A stretch of 62,741 bases of DNA, counting the filler, from Sphacelaria rigidula (Eukaryota): the NCBI GenBank assembly GCA_964200075.2. It is 8 parts of 8 records of this genome, joined end to end, with 100 filler letters (N's around TTAATTAATTAA, not from the genome) between each part and the next. Parts side by side here need not be neighbours in the genome. Positions count along the whole stretch, not along the records: positions 7,857 to 15,612 come from CAXNAA020013560.1; positions 15,713 to 23,468 come from CAXNAA020013561.1; positions 23,569 to 31,323 come from CAXNAA020013562.1; 5 more parts are not named here. One strand, given 5' to 3'. This document shows positions 12,346 through 24,199 of this stretch, piece after piece. Within the stretch, counting starts at the first letter, position 1. Every line of letters starts with the position of its first letter. The notes under the pieces are model-generated. The model had not been told where the DNA came from. It did no database searches and saw only the letters and a list, made by a program, of their open reading frames with translations. The position numbers were made by a program, and so were the translations under genes.

Positions 12346-14089
12346 AATTAGCAGTCTTGAAACGAATTCGAGCGTTGCGGGCGATTGTGGAGCTTCAACC
12401 AAAATTTACTCCGCAGCGATTTCCACGCGTGTTTTTCGAGGTAGACCCTGAAATTTCGCACATGTACTCTCGGATATTTCGAAACTCCGTACGTGTGATA
12501 TATCGCCTCCTGGGACCCCGGATATCCAGCAAAGAAAAAAAAATCTGACGGGGTTTTGAAATTTCCCAGAGCGCACGTGTGCGAAATACCATGGTGTAAC
12601 TTGAATAACCCACGTAAGAGACTGCGAACGTGTGCGTTGAGTTGTACAAACGTGATCGGAATGCCCCTGATAATTACTTGATTGAGGAATACTGCCGACC
12701 TTCTGCCTGGGCCGCCCAAGTAACCCATTTTTCCTTCAGCCCGTTCTAACTGACGATGCATCGCTTGTTGTGCCTCTTGCGACACCTCGTGGTAGTCTGC
12801 AGATCAACGCGCGTCTTTCAATCCACATAGCACTACAATCCGACAAGTTCCCATCAAACGAAATACCAAACTGTAGTCAACTGCGAAGTGTGGAGAGTTG
12901 AGGGTAACGTGTGGCGGGAATAGAGGAACATAACTGCTGGGATCGAATTTTCGGTTACAGTCGGTTGTGCCGCGGCCGCAAAGTGGTGGTGCCCCCACAC
13001 AAGTTGTGGTTGTACACCAGTGCATGTCGGATCGTACGCGCGCAGTGTCCGAGATGGCACGCAGACGAGACCTTCAGCGCACCAAGGCGTTTTGTAGTAA
13101 TGTGCGAGCCGGTGAGCAGCGGGTTAAGAAAGCTTGTAGAGAACGTCCTGCTGAGGTTGTTGTACAGTAGTCTAAAAGCAAGTCAACCAGTTTTCAAAGA
13201 CGCGGTTGCGCTGCTCAATTTTGAGTCGTTTGCTATGAATTTTTGACACGATATACATGAGCTTTATACACAGCCCCTACTTTTACACCTTCACTTTTTC
13301 GTTTTTTTCTCGTGAGTTTTCGGTAATCCAAATTTCGGAACAGTTTTTCGGCTCAAAATCTCCGACACCGCAATGTAAGAGAATGTCACGGGGGGAGGGG
13401 GGGCAATCGAGTATTTGAACATGCCTCATGCACATTGTGTCGAAATTTCATTGAAAATATTTTGAAATGGAAGAGCGCGACCGCGGTTCGAAGTTTCCTT
13501 TCGTGTCATGGGTGGTCTGTCTCCACAAGGAAACCGGTTTTCGACACGAAAACGCGATCTCACTGCACAATTTGGGGTCGTCTACTATGAATTTCGACGA
13601 GATGTACAAGACGTGTAAACGAAGACCCCGTCTCTCCTTCTCTATCTTTTCTTTCTCGTCGTGAGTTATTGGCGACGGAACATTTTACAACAATTTTCAG
13701 GACTAGATCGCACATGAATCACAAAGGAAAAAATGTAGGGAAGAAACAATATCCATTTTTCTCACAAACGTTCTCAACTTTTTAGGGGGAAAAAAATCAC
13801 AACGTTTTGCCGTAAGTTTTCTTATTATGCTCTTGCGATTCTCCATGTCAAATTTCAAAGCACAACTCTGAAAGCTGCTCGATCCAGATTTGGTAATTTT
13901 AGTGCAATATCTTGACTTTATTAACGGGTTTTGTTTAAACCATGTCTCTCAATAGATAGGGCTTTCGATGGAGGTGAGAGTGTCGATCGTTTCGCCATGC
14001 CCTCAGGAATGTTCACACCAAAAATCAGCACCACCCGCTGATTATGTTGTCGAGAGGTGTCGTGTAGACTTGTGTTTCGAAGTACGGTA

Positions 14090-15546
14090 CAGGCTGGTTC
14101 ACGGAAAAAAAACCAAACTCTGTCATCAGCAAATGCCTTCTGCAATACGCACCCAATAGTAGTGTACATGGTATCATACTGACCGCAATGAACAGACAAA
14201 GAGGGTGACATAGCCGAATTTTTTTTTCAAGGCTATAGCGGTGGCGCTATGAACGAAAATGTGTCTCGACCAATCAGCGCCTTTCGAACTGTTCCGAAAT
14301 TGAAAATACGAAATCCAAGCCCAATTTCCACCAAATCTCCACATGCTTCAAATCGTAGTGACCGTCATCACCTCAAGAATCTGAGGGTAGAATAGGATTT
14401 GAAAACGGTTCCAACGGGGTCGAATTATACCCGAAACCGTAATGTTTCGGTGATGTGGAGTTTGGCGTGGTCTAATTTCCACTCATGATACGCGGGAAAG
14501 ACCCAGGGAGCCTCGTGACGATTTCCCTTGTATCTGTTGTAGAAAAGCTCACATCATCCTCAATCTTCGCAGTTCCGTAGGTATTGATGCTCCAATTGGA
14601 AAAATTGTGTTTTTGGCAGGGGTTTAAAGTTTCTCCGTTCTCTACCGGCTTCCGGGGGTCCCAGTACAAAGACCCCCGAAAGGCGGTACAGAATGAATCA
14701 AGAGAAAAAATAATAATATGATGCGTCCCAGGATGGTCCAAGAAACACATGTAAAATTTTTGGTGGAGAAACTCGAAAATCTCATGCAACTTTTTTTTCC
14801 TTGACGTAAAATTCACCCTAAAAGATCTTTCCATACTCAAACCAAGTAGTTAGGAGTTTGCACGTTTTAAGCTCACATGCTCGCACAAATGCGCAAATCT
14901 TTACGCATTTATTAGGAGTTAGATCCTGAACCTCTGCACAAATGTGCTTTGAATCACTACGCAAGTTTTGACCCATGAGATTTTTCCAATTCTTGGATAT
15001 TTTACCGTTTTTCGGGGGTCCGACGGGATCCAAGTCGTTTTTTCGAAGTCATCCATTCTCGGACCCCGGAAAACCACAGTTTTTTTTCATTTTTTTCGCA
15101 AACGCTCTACCGCCGCAAAACCCAAGGGAGAACCCCACAAAGTTTTGTGGCCACACTCGATCCACTGGTGCTGGATTTTTCATGTTCACGTTGATAAAAG
15201 GCCCAAAAACGCCATTTTCATACTCAAATCCAGTAGTGTGCCGTTTCACCGTGGCACGGCAAGGTTCGTCGCACAAACGCGAAAAACTTCGCGCCGTTTC
15301 AAGGAGTTGGACCCTGAAAACTTGCAAAGGTGTGCTATGGTTCATTACGCAACTTTGTATGGACAAGGTTTTCTTTTTTGTTCATTACCATTTCAAGGGG
15401 GTCCGACTGAATCGAAGCTTTCTCGAAAAACTGGGACCCCGGAAAAACGGTGAAAAAAGTAAAGAAGTGGAAAAAAACTCGTCTGTACAGAGTTGCGTTA
15501 TGACCCATAGAACACTTGTGCAAAAATTCAGGGTCTAACTCCTTAA
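14090..15546 (+). mobile_element. long non-autonomous TIR element (TA|CAGGCTGGTTCACGG terminus, Tc1/mariner-like) with nested internal inverted repeats
   Basis: terminus shared with 44607; about 14760-15546 is the reverse complement homologue of 44664-45425; repeated aaggagttagaccctgaa motif. Confidence 0.65.
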
Positions 15547-15612
15547 CCCTTTGGGAACTCAAGTGCTGATTCTTGTTTTGTGAATCTTTGTGAATCGGCA
15601 TCATTTTGACTC
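15543..15612 (+). mobile_element. piggyBac-like terminus (TTAA|CCCTTTGGGAACTC), truncated by the contig end
   Basis: similar ttaacccttttggaactc at 27953; similar reverse ends cccaaaagggttaa at 56880-56893 and cccaaaagggttga near 35731. Confidence 0.45.
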
Positions 15613-15712
15613 NNNNNNNNNNNNNNNNNNNNNNNNNNNNNNNNNNNNNNNNNNNNTTAATTAATTAANNNNNNNNNNNNNNNNNNNNNNNNNNNNNNNN
15701 NNNNNNNNNNNN
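15613..15712. other. artificial contig linker
   Basis: N44-TTAATTAATTAA-N44. Confidence 0.98.
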
Positions 15713-15778
15713 GCTTTGTAGGGATGCGAGGTCAATGGTGTTAGGACTATGGCATGCATGATCATGAGTACACCCCCC
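15713..15778 (+). mobile_element. LINE 3' end, subfamily B, C-tract tail
   Basis: gggatgcgaggtcaatggt...catgagtacacccccc; encodes GCEVNG..T.A, homologous to the LINE C-terminus GCIVNDQMTTA at 27690-27740. Confidence 0.7.
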
Positions 15779-15859
15779 AAAGAATCAACATCTTCATTTT
15801 CGTCGTGCACGATTACATATAAGCTCGAGCCTACGCGTTCGATTTGTTTGCATGATAAG

Positions 15860-16070
15860 GTTCGCGCGGGACGGTGGGCGGCTTTGTTCTTTGCGGCGTA
15901 CATGCTGCTCTGCGCCACCATGATGTTCGATGTCCTGGTAGGCGTCGTCGTCGAGGGATTCCGAGTGTCGACCAGGGGGCCTGAGGATGAGCAGCAACCG
16001 GCGACGGAGGACCGTGCGCCACTTCATCCGGAAACGATTGCAGAGAACGAGAGTGACGGAAACTGGAGCG
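15860..16070 (+). CDS. internal exon of a cation channel (ion-transport domain S6 helix; two-pore/voltage-gated Ca/Na channel-like)
   Basis: ag|GTT...AGC G|gtacga; VRAGRWAALFFAAYMLLCATMMFDVLVGVVVEGF resembles the S6 consensus WAALYF...LN(L/V)(F/L)(I/V)A(V/I)I.E.F. Confidence 0.7.
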
Positions 16071-16524
16071 GTACGAGTTGTCGCATGACCAATCATATAT
16101 TGTAGTCGCTCTCTCTATATTCCGAGTACTTTAGAAGACGGAACACCTGGGTGTAGATGCCATCGCCTAGTAACAGATGTTGTTTATAGGTGTAGACCTT
16201 GAGTGGCACTGCGTCGCGATAAGCATGAGCTAGGCGTGGAACCAGCCGCATCTATGAGGCAAGCCGTCGATGAAGGCGCACCTGAACAACATTTTTCATG
16301 CCGAGAAGTGTTCTGTCATCATACCCCAGCTTGTGGTGAGCAGGGTATGAGCCCCGTAGCAATGGGTTTGCGCAGATGACCTACACCTAAAAGTCATGCG
16401 CGCAGTCTACTGTAATGTTTTGTGTCACAAGGTACCATGCCTTCCTAGCATTCCTTCTTCGTTGATGTAGAGACTACACGGCTCACCACGTTTTGCTGTA
16501 CGTACTATTAATATATGAACATTA

Positions 16525-16890
16525 CCGCTCCGCCTTGGTAGCCTGAATCGAAGATGTTCCAACCGACACCGGTTAGGACGAAATAATTAAAAAGTATAAA
16601 ATAAATAAACATATATATAAAACTGACACTTTGTTGGGGCGAAAGAAGGCGGGATAGAATCCCGACAGATGCCAGATTTTTTTTTTCTGAGGAGAATCTG
16701 ACTTATGTCGTTGGAACGGTGAGGACGTGAGTAGCGTAGAAAAGGAGCTTCAGGTGGCGAGAATCGACGCCATGCGAGAGTACTGACTGTCATGATCCAA
16801 CCTGCGATACCGAGAAGTAAGGCGTGCGCCGGGGAAGATATGGGCTGGTCCCTTGAGACGATGAACGCTTCCCGAGGGGGGAGGGGGGTG
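16525..16890 (+). mobile_element. tRNA-derived SINE family 1, diverged copy
   Basis: body (tcatgatccaacctgcgataccga) is the reverse complement of the copies at 23569, 36345 and 52340; degenerate B box gggatagaatccc. Confidence 0.6.
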
Positions 16891-18176
16891 CTTCTGTGCG
16901 CCCTCATTCGAGGTATTTCAATGGCATCTTCAGGGATACCTATAGCCCCCAGTCTTTGATCTTCCGCTACTGATCGCCCTCGCCCACCTTCATCTCCATC
17001 ATTTTTCCCGGGGGCACACCAGACGTACGTGTCGAAATCTCTCTCGAGCGGGTTTTACAAGTTATGTTATTGATTTTACTCTCGTGTCCTTCTGGCCATA
17101 CAATCGTGTTGTGCAACAGACATATCGTCGACCGCCCTGCCAGGGGCTAGCACGGTATCGGGAGGGGCAAGAACGGGCCCGATGTTCAGGGCTCCTGTCC
17201 GAGGCCTGTCGAGAAGGGGAAGCTCGCGCAAGTACTCGCAGGTCAGGGCGGAAGACATGTTCCGTTCCTACCCCAAGGTGCGTGCATGACCATGCAAGAC
17301 ATGAACAAACGTGAGTGCAGTTTCAGTTCTAGTCGCTGACCCGAGTGTTCGCTCACTGGTTCCGACAGTACTGTGAGAGAGGGGACGAGCAGCAATCACG
17401 TAGCTACCGCTCAAGTTCAATATTTAAAGATAGTGGTCTTTGGGTGGCTCAAGGGTTGCGCCTGAAAGGTCAAGTCAATGAGCGATTGAACCCCCGCGAA
17501 ATATAGGAGTGACGTGCGCTTTGTCGACGGTAGGCGCATGGCCCTGCGTTTTGCCTCTGTAGCTTTATGCTGTGTTCTTGGTGTAAAAGATTGTGGGTCT
17601 GGGGGTGATGGCCTGTTCCGGACTGTTTTTTCAGAGTCGACGCTGCATCATCAGTGGCTACCCCTACCGTAGCGTCACAAGACGTGCTTTTCAAGGAAAG
17701 ATCTCAACCCGATTACAAAGATCGTATATATTCTTGTGAGTGCGGGTGTTGATGCCACGATCGTGGTGGTGGTGGTGCATCTCAACAACGTCGATCTCTG
17801 TACACTCGGAGTAAGTTGTTCACAGCGCAAGGCTATATTCAATTTCATATTTAGGATGTGAATCCTGCGTTCGAAAGGGGTCGTGAAAATATAACCCGCG
17901 GCATGAACAACGCTCGGACCATGACTATTGGAACATACAGTATACAGGGAACAACACCAACGTTCCGCACTCCGGTGGCTAGTGGAGCCTTCTGCCGCTG
18001 ACATCGCTTCGGCACCAAGGCTGCGCGATTGTGGATGAGACGGAACCGTTGTCGAGCAGTTGTGCCAAGGGTCATACTCTTGCACCCGCCGTCGCCGCCA
18101 GCGAGTTTAGGACGTGCCGAAGTCATCTCCCGTGATCCTTGCCACTTTCGGCAGGGCGCGCCAATTTTGTCAAAAG

Positions 18177-18255
18177 ACGAGTCTGATGGCCTCCTTGCCC
18201 CCCCCCGGGTGGGCATCTCTCGCGGTGTTACGGAAACACGAAACTTGAAAACCAG
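18177..18255 (+). CDS. candidate next exon of the channel gene
   Basis: aaag|AC...AG|gtggag; phase 1 to phase 2 exactly links exon 15860-16070 to 21241-21424 (DESDGLLAPPRVGISRGVTETRNLKTR); splice sites are weak. Confidence 0.3.
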
Positions 18256-21240
18256 GTGGAGTTAAGCGCGGTTGACCTACGTGAGCTGGAGCAGGCTGTG
18301 GAGGCGGTCGAGAAGAGGCTGCATAAAGCATGGTACGAGTAAAGCTGAATGGTCTATAGTTGTAGCTGCGAGCATGCACGCAAGTAATATTGTCGAAGCT
18401 CGGTCCCGAGAGCGTAGTGAGACGCCGAAACGGAATGGTCAGGACCCATGCACAGGCTCGAGCGTGACGATACGAAGACGAACGTAGGAGCCCCTGACTG
18501 TGCGATGCGTAGGCTAGTCGAACCTGTATCGGTGGTTTTTTTCAAGTGCATTTTCCAGCAGTGCTCGATGATGCCGCCGTCATTTTCCCGACAAATACCT
18601 TCGATGAAGATTGGTTAGGGTGTCGTGGGTGTAGACGTGGGGTAATGCCCGTTGCTGCCGGATAACAATGCTCCGCGTTCATTTGTCATCCTCTCTCGAC
18701 TGTCCTCACGTCCTGATATTGTGCATAACGTGAGCTCTACTCCCTCCCTGCTGCACGTCCCCCCCATCCCCACCCGCATGCCAGGGTGGACCGCGTTCGG
18801 AAAATGGAAATCCAGCCGATTATCCCCGATTCTGTATAGCGAGGCTCCATCTTCCCATAGGTGGTGTGTTGATACCTTTTGGTGCTGGTGCTCGTGTAGG
18901 GGTAGTGTATCTTGACGTTTGGTGTGGTATATTTTCTGCGGGTAGAGTATATTTTTATCGTTAGCATAGTTTTCTACATGCGTAGGACATGTGGTGTTTT
19001 CCACTTGTCGAGTACGCAGTTCCCAGCGCACCTGAATGGGAGTCGGAATTCATTGTCGTGAATGGAGTTGAGATTCATTGTTTTGTGTACGATGCGGTTC
19101 AAGCCAGCGCACGAAGACCATGACAGCATGTGCGTCGAAGTGTGCATTGCAGTAGTTGTGGAAGTGTTTTGAAGGTGGCCAATGACGTATGTTGTATCGT
19201 TTTTTGTCACATCTGTGTTTAGGAACTGTAGTTAGGGTTATTGTAGGGGTGGGTGTATCGGGCATGGCCGGACACGTGTGAACCCCTCTACGTATGTATC
19301 GAGACTTTTGAGAAATAAAACCAAATAGCTACGTATGTGGGAAGACTAATGGTAAGCAAAAATGAATAGCTACTCATGTATGGAGACTTTTGACGAGTAA
19401 AGACGAACAGCTACGTATGTATCTAGACTTTTGATATAAAAGCGATTAGCCTCCGGCTACCGTATGAGGCTGCCGTAACAGAATTACCAGGTAAGCTGCA
19501 TTTTCTTCGTGGGACATACTAATGCTGAGATTTGCTTTGATGTAGGTAAATGGCTATCTACGGCCACGGGGCACGCCCAGTGATATGTCAATACTACACC
19601 CTGGGAGTATGTTTCAGTGTGTGGACGCCGGGAGAGGATTTCTGTCCATGATATTCCTTTTTCTCGAGTATAGCCGACAGTGCGCTTGCTGTTCCGGACC
19701 CTAGTCTGAAAACACTGTAACTGCACCGAAGTAGAAACGTTTCCTTTTGGACAGGGTGCAAATATGCTGGCGGCCGGGACAGAGCTAGCGCACCGCAGGT
19801 ATGTACGAGAGGTTGAGTAGGTTAAATTTGATGAAGTTTAGTAGTTGAACGCAAAAACTAGTCGTTTGTCATCCTTTTGTTTGGAGCAGTCACCCTCAGT
19901 CCTTCGGACTTCGATTAGTCGCTTCTGGCTCATTTTCCCACCAGTTCGGACTACTGGGAGTTTGGATTTGTAGTTAAGATACGCAGCTGCTTCGGAGTCA
20001 AGCGTTCAACTCCGGAATAGCCGAGGTGTGTGATTGTTGCAGCCTTTCGGATCTTCTCAAAAGCTGTCTGTTTGAAGTGTTGTGTGCTATTGTATGTTGT
20101 GTCTGCTACAGAAAAGACCGGAGCAAGAAAAATGCGATGGTTGGGAAACGTTTGTGTTTGAAGAGCAAATACTGAGCAGGTGAGCCGTTGCAAGGCTGGC
20201 TGGTGGCTGTTCCACCTGTGCTTCAAATTGCTCGAAATTATTTTGTGTGTAAAGTGGCTTTTTTGCAGAGCTTTGTTTTGAGTTAAATTTGTGTTCGTTT
20301 GCAGCGTCAGGTAAATTCTGTGTTCGAGTGGTTGGTTACTGGTCTTGTGTGGGATCTTGTCGAGCTTCAGTTATACTTTTGTATGTAGGGTAATCTACGG
20401 GTTTCACCAGGGTAGCTTGGTCATTGATATTTCTATCGACTTACCATGTCGAGTGAGAGCGTCAGTGATGAGTCCCGACGCGTTTTGCTCTGTCTTGGTT
20501 AGGTATATATATTCGATTCCTGCGAAATGATGCTGTGGTGGCGACAACTGTCAGCGCCAGGCGGGTTTGCCATCGGAGGATTTGCTGCCGTGGAGAGCGT
20601 GCTAGGATAGCATGTTTTTGCTCATTCTTCCCGTGTGTTGAAATCATTGACATATAGGCAATCACACGGTGGCCCTTCAAACAGGACTCTGCATACGCAA
20701 TCGAATGGCTGCTTCGTCGGAAGTGGGAGATATGTCCGTCAATCTTATTTCTTCTTGTTCCGTTGGTTGAGAAGTACAAGTATCCATTCAGTAACCGTAC
20801 GGTATGGGACCACAGACACGAGGTCGATTTTGGCATGTATCTTGCGAATGCTTGTAGTGTCGGTACTTCCGTTGTCGAGTTGCCCCATTCATGTCGTCCA
20901 CGCTGGCCTGCGGTAAACAATGAACGTCGCTTGGATGCTGTCATGTGCTTGATCTGACGTTTGAGCCGGCGATGTTTTGAGGTGTGACTGAACTTGAGAC
21001 GTACAGGCTTGGGTTCCCGTGGGTACACGAGCTGCGACTGCGGCTGTGGTGCAGCCAAACTGCGCAAGGAGATGCTTTCTGTGTGCTCCTCTTCCCTTGA
21101 TGCATGCGACCGGATACGTGGAGTCGAACTGAAGTGGAGGCCAGAGACCAACACATTTTATTCCATCACTACTACTTGGTAAATGCATGTCACAAAGTTA
21201 GGGAGCGGACGGGATGCAATTTTCTTCAATCTTCTTCAAG

Positions 21241-21424
21241 GAGCAGTCATACTCTCCCTCGCACCCCCTCTTTGGCTCACCGTAGGCGGGGCAAGGTCGA
21301 TCCCCGGCATACAGGCCTAAGGGCCTCCCTCCCCGCCGACTGCTGCTGGAGCTACGAGCTGGGGCAGTCTAAACGCCCACATTCCTCGAGTACACACGAT
21401 AGCTTTTTCAGTGCCCCCAATTGA
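21241..21424 (+). CDS. candidate terminal exon of the channel gene
   Basis: pyrimidine tract ttttcttcaatcttcttcaag| followed by a GC-rich open frame to TGA (SSHTLPRTPSLAHRRRGK...WSYELGQ...APN*). Confidence 0.3.
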
Positions 21425-23468
21425 CCTGATGGAAGTATATCGCTGTCAGGCGCAGAGCAACCTGCTAACTCACGCTCTGCTGTAAAGGAAAATAAATTGA
21501 AACAAATGTACCGCATAATATGTGACCTCAACGGCGGAACAAGATTCTGCTGTAAAACATGTTTTTGTCGGGATTCGAAATCATGACCTTCCGCCCTTGC
21601 GGAAGTGCCCTACCAGCTAGACAGCAGGGTGCAAAAGTGTGCAGTACAAAAAGTGGAATGCATGGCCCAATGTGGCGAGTTTTCGGCTGAAAAAATTCAC
21701 GTGCGTTTTATGCGTCAATCGGTGAAAAAGTGTTACCTATGTCAGAAATAGATATACACAATTGATAAGTTATGGCATCTCGAATTTTTGCCAGGATCTC
21801 AAACTGGCCGTAGTTTGCTATTCCTTTTCTTTCTTTTGGCTAAGGCAATGCGTTTTCGCGTCTTGACACAAACCTTTTTTCAAACCTTCAGGCCCTGACT
21901 CTTGAAAACGGCCCTTGCAAAAGTGGTCAAGGGCCAAAAGATGCTTCATGCTGACCCAGCTCGTGGATAGCATGATGATCGCATCGTTCATCGTGGACTC
22001 ACATTCCCTGCACTGAAGAAGTATCCTTCGGTACTTCTGTAGCTATCAACACGGTTACGGAATATGTCATATTTCCCTCACGAGCTTCAAAATGCAACCT
22101 TACAATATCAAATGCATGAGTGAAATAATAAGATGAACCGAACAAGCATCCTTGCTCGTACTCTTTTCCACTGTGCACTGTGGTAGCTGAATGTCGCACA
22201 GAGTTGACAGGCAACCAGAAAGGCAACACCGCTCGAACCAAAACTTAAATAACACGAGTCATTGATTGATTCGGTGGATCTTATCAAATCACCGACTGGT
22301 CCGCGCCGACGTCAGCAGTCATCATCATCAGAGCCTGTACGATGCATTGCGCTCACTGTAGTCTTGGGGGGGCGTGTGGTTGACGAAAGGTAGGTCAGAC
22401 TATATCACGGGTGGCCACCGGTACACGCTATTCGCATCTCATAACGTGTCCAGGTTACGGCACATAATGGATGAGCTGACGACGCGCGTGCAGCTTGGAT
22501 CGGGTTGTCAGCGCATGCGTTGTCGCGTTGTGCAACCATTATTATATCGCCTGCTTATATCCTAGATAACCCCTATTGCAACCCGATCATACCGTGTTGT
22601 CTTGTTCTGTCTTGTCCTGTTGTAGAGGTGTAGAGGTGAGTACGCAAAGAGATCAGGCGATGCGACGATGATGATGGAGGCGAAGTCGCAATCAGTCAAA
22701 CGACAGTTCGCAGCTTTTTCGCCAGATTGAGTGTCTAGCATTATTGATTGAGTGTGGGTAGTCAGTAGGAAGACATTGTTTTAATGTGTTCCATCGACGG
22801 ATGGAGGGTAGCATGTTTGAACGTCACGGGTAACTGATACTGATCCAACACATCACCTACCCTAGCCGCCAAAGGGCTAGTGCGAGTGACACAATGGAAC
22901 ACTGGTAAAATTGGAGCCGTTAGCTCTCCGGACATCGATACGGAGCGATATGTTTTGTCGGACGAACATTGAAAATAAAAAGGAATGACGATGTCACACA
23001 TCGGAACGTTCTTATGATTCATGTGCGGGCGTACAAGGGGAAGGTTCCGATCACACGTCACACATAACGGCACGCAGTACAAAAACGCTTTTCCGACTAA
23101 TACGTTGAATAAAAGTGTAGGGTATGAACCCGCCGCGATTCCAGAGAGTGGAATGTTGGTGTCTATTTGATTTCGGGCAATAGATACAACGACTAATTTT
23201 TCGGGATGTTAACCATTTGACCAAGGGTTTTTCGAGAGAAACATTTCGGACACGGAGCCCCTCCTCCCCCCGTCCCGGAGGGCTATTTTTCGAAAAACGT
23301 CATGATTCCTTTTTGTTGTTGATATACTTGAAAGTAATTGATCAACAAACACTGACAGAAATCGAAAAGTCTGGCGGGCTTTGCGACGTTCGTACATCTG
23401 CTTCTAACAGCCAATCATCTATATTGAGGATGGTGCTATTGATTGAGGATGAGAACCCGGAGGATTAA

Positions 23469-23568
23469 NNNNNNNNNNNNNNNNNNNNNNNNNNNNNNNN
23501 NNNNNNNNNNNNTTAATTAATTAANNNNNNNNNNNNNNNNNNNNNNNNNNNNNNNNNNNNNNNNNNNN
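23469..23568. other. artificial contig linker
   Basis: N44-TTAATTAATTAA-N44. Confidence 0.98.
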
Positions 23569-23795
23569 CCCCCGGTACGTGCATTTCATTTTGGTCTCGC
23601 AGATTGGGTCAGCACTCCCGCACCGCGTCGAATCACGACACACAAACCCAGTCGACTACTTTGTTTACTCACGTTCTCACGCTTTCCACGGTGGAACTCA
23701 CATCACGAGGAAAAAACGCAACGCATCTGGAATCGAACCCCCGTTTCTCCACCCGAACGGCGACAGTCGGACCATTACACCACCGGGGCGCGGCG
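23569..23795 (-). mobile_element. tRNA-derived SINE family 1 (head and part of body)
   Basis: minus-strand A box TGGTGTAATGG (23782-23772) and B box GGTTCGATTCC (23739-23729); body shared with four other copies. Confidence 0.8.
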
Positions 23796-23924
23796 ATACC
23801 AGGAGATGAAGCAACTCATTGTAGGCTGCCATCCCTAGTGAGATAATTAGTATGCTTCAGGAAAATTTTGCAGGATGCACCTCACTCTTCATGTGACCCG
23901 CCGAACACATCACGTCACTTCGCG

Positions 23925-24148
23925 CTTGGTGATTACGAGCCCAGTCCGGCGAAAACCTGGCGTGCTCCGTCCCGGCTTTGTAGGAATGCGAGGTCAACGG
24001 TCTTGTGACTACGACATGCAAGATTATGAGTACACCACCCAAAAAAACCACCACCACAACAAAACAACAAAAAAAACAANNNNNNNNNNGACTGCGCTAT
24101 GGCTCAACACATAGAAGTTATAATCTCCCCCCCCCCCCCCCCCCCCCC
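23925..24148 (+). mobile_element. two consecutive C-tailed LINE 3' ends (subfamily B, then a different subfamily)
   Basis: ...gtaggaatgcgaggtcaacggt...gagtacaccaccc, an N10 gap, then gactgcgctatggctcaacacatagaagttataatct followed by about 21 C. Confidence 0.6.
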
Positions 24149-24199
24149 GGAAATCGCGGGCTGCCAGCCCAAGAATACTAGGAATAGTCAGAGTTGGCA

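Noticed and set aside
12600-13250. coding-like fragments on the minus strand
   Set aside because: No recognisable domain or clean splice structure.
18600-21150. long ORFs including 20462..21154, possible retroelement remnant
   Set aside because: Many stops and no recognisable motif; left unassigned.
21565-21632. tRNA gene (also tRNA-like pieces at about 55907-55975 and the SINE heads)
   Set aside because: Only degenerate A/B boxes are present, with no convincing cloverleaf; more likely SINE-derived.
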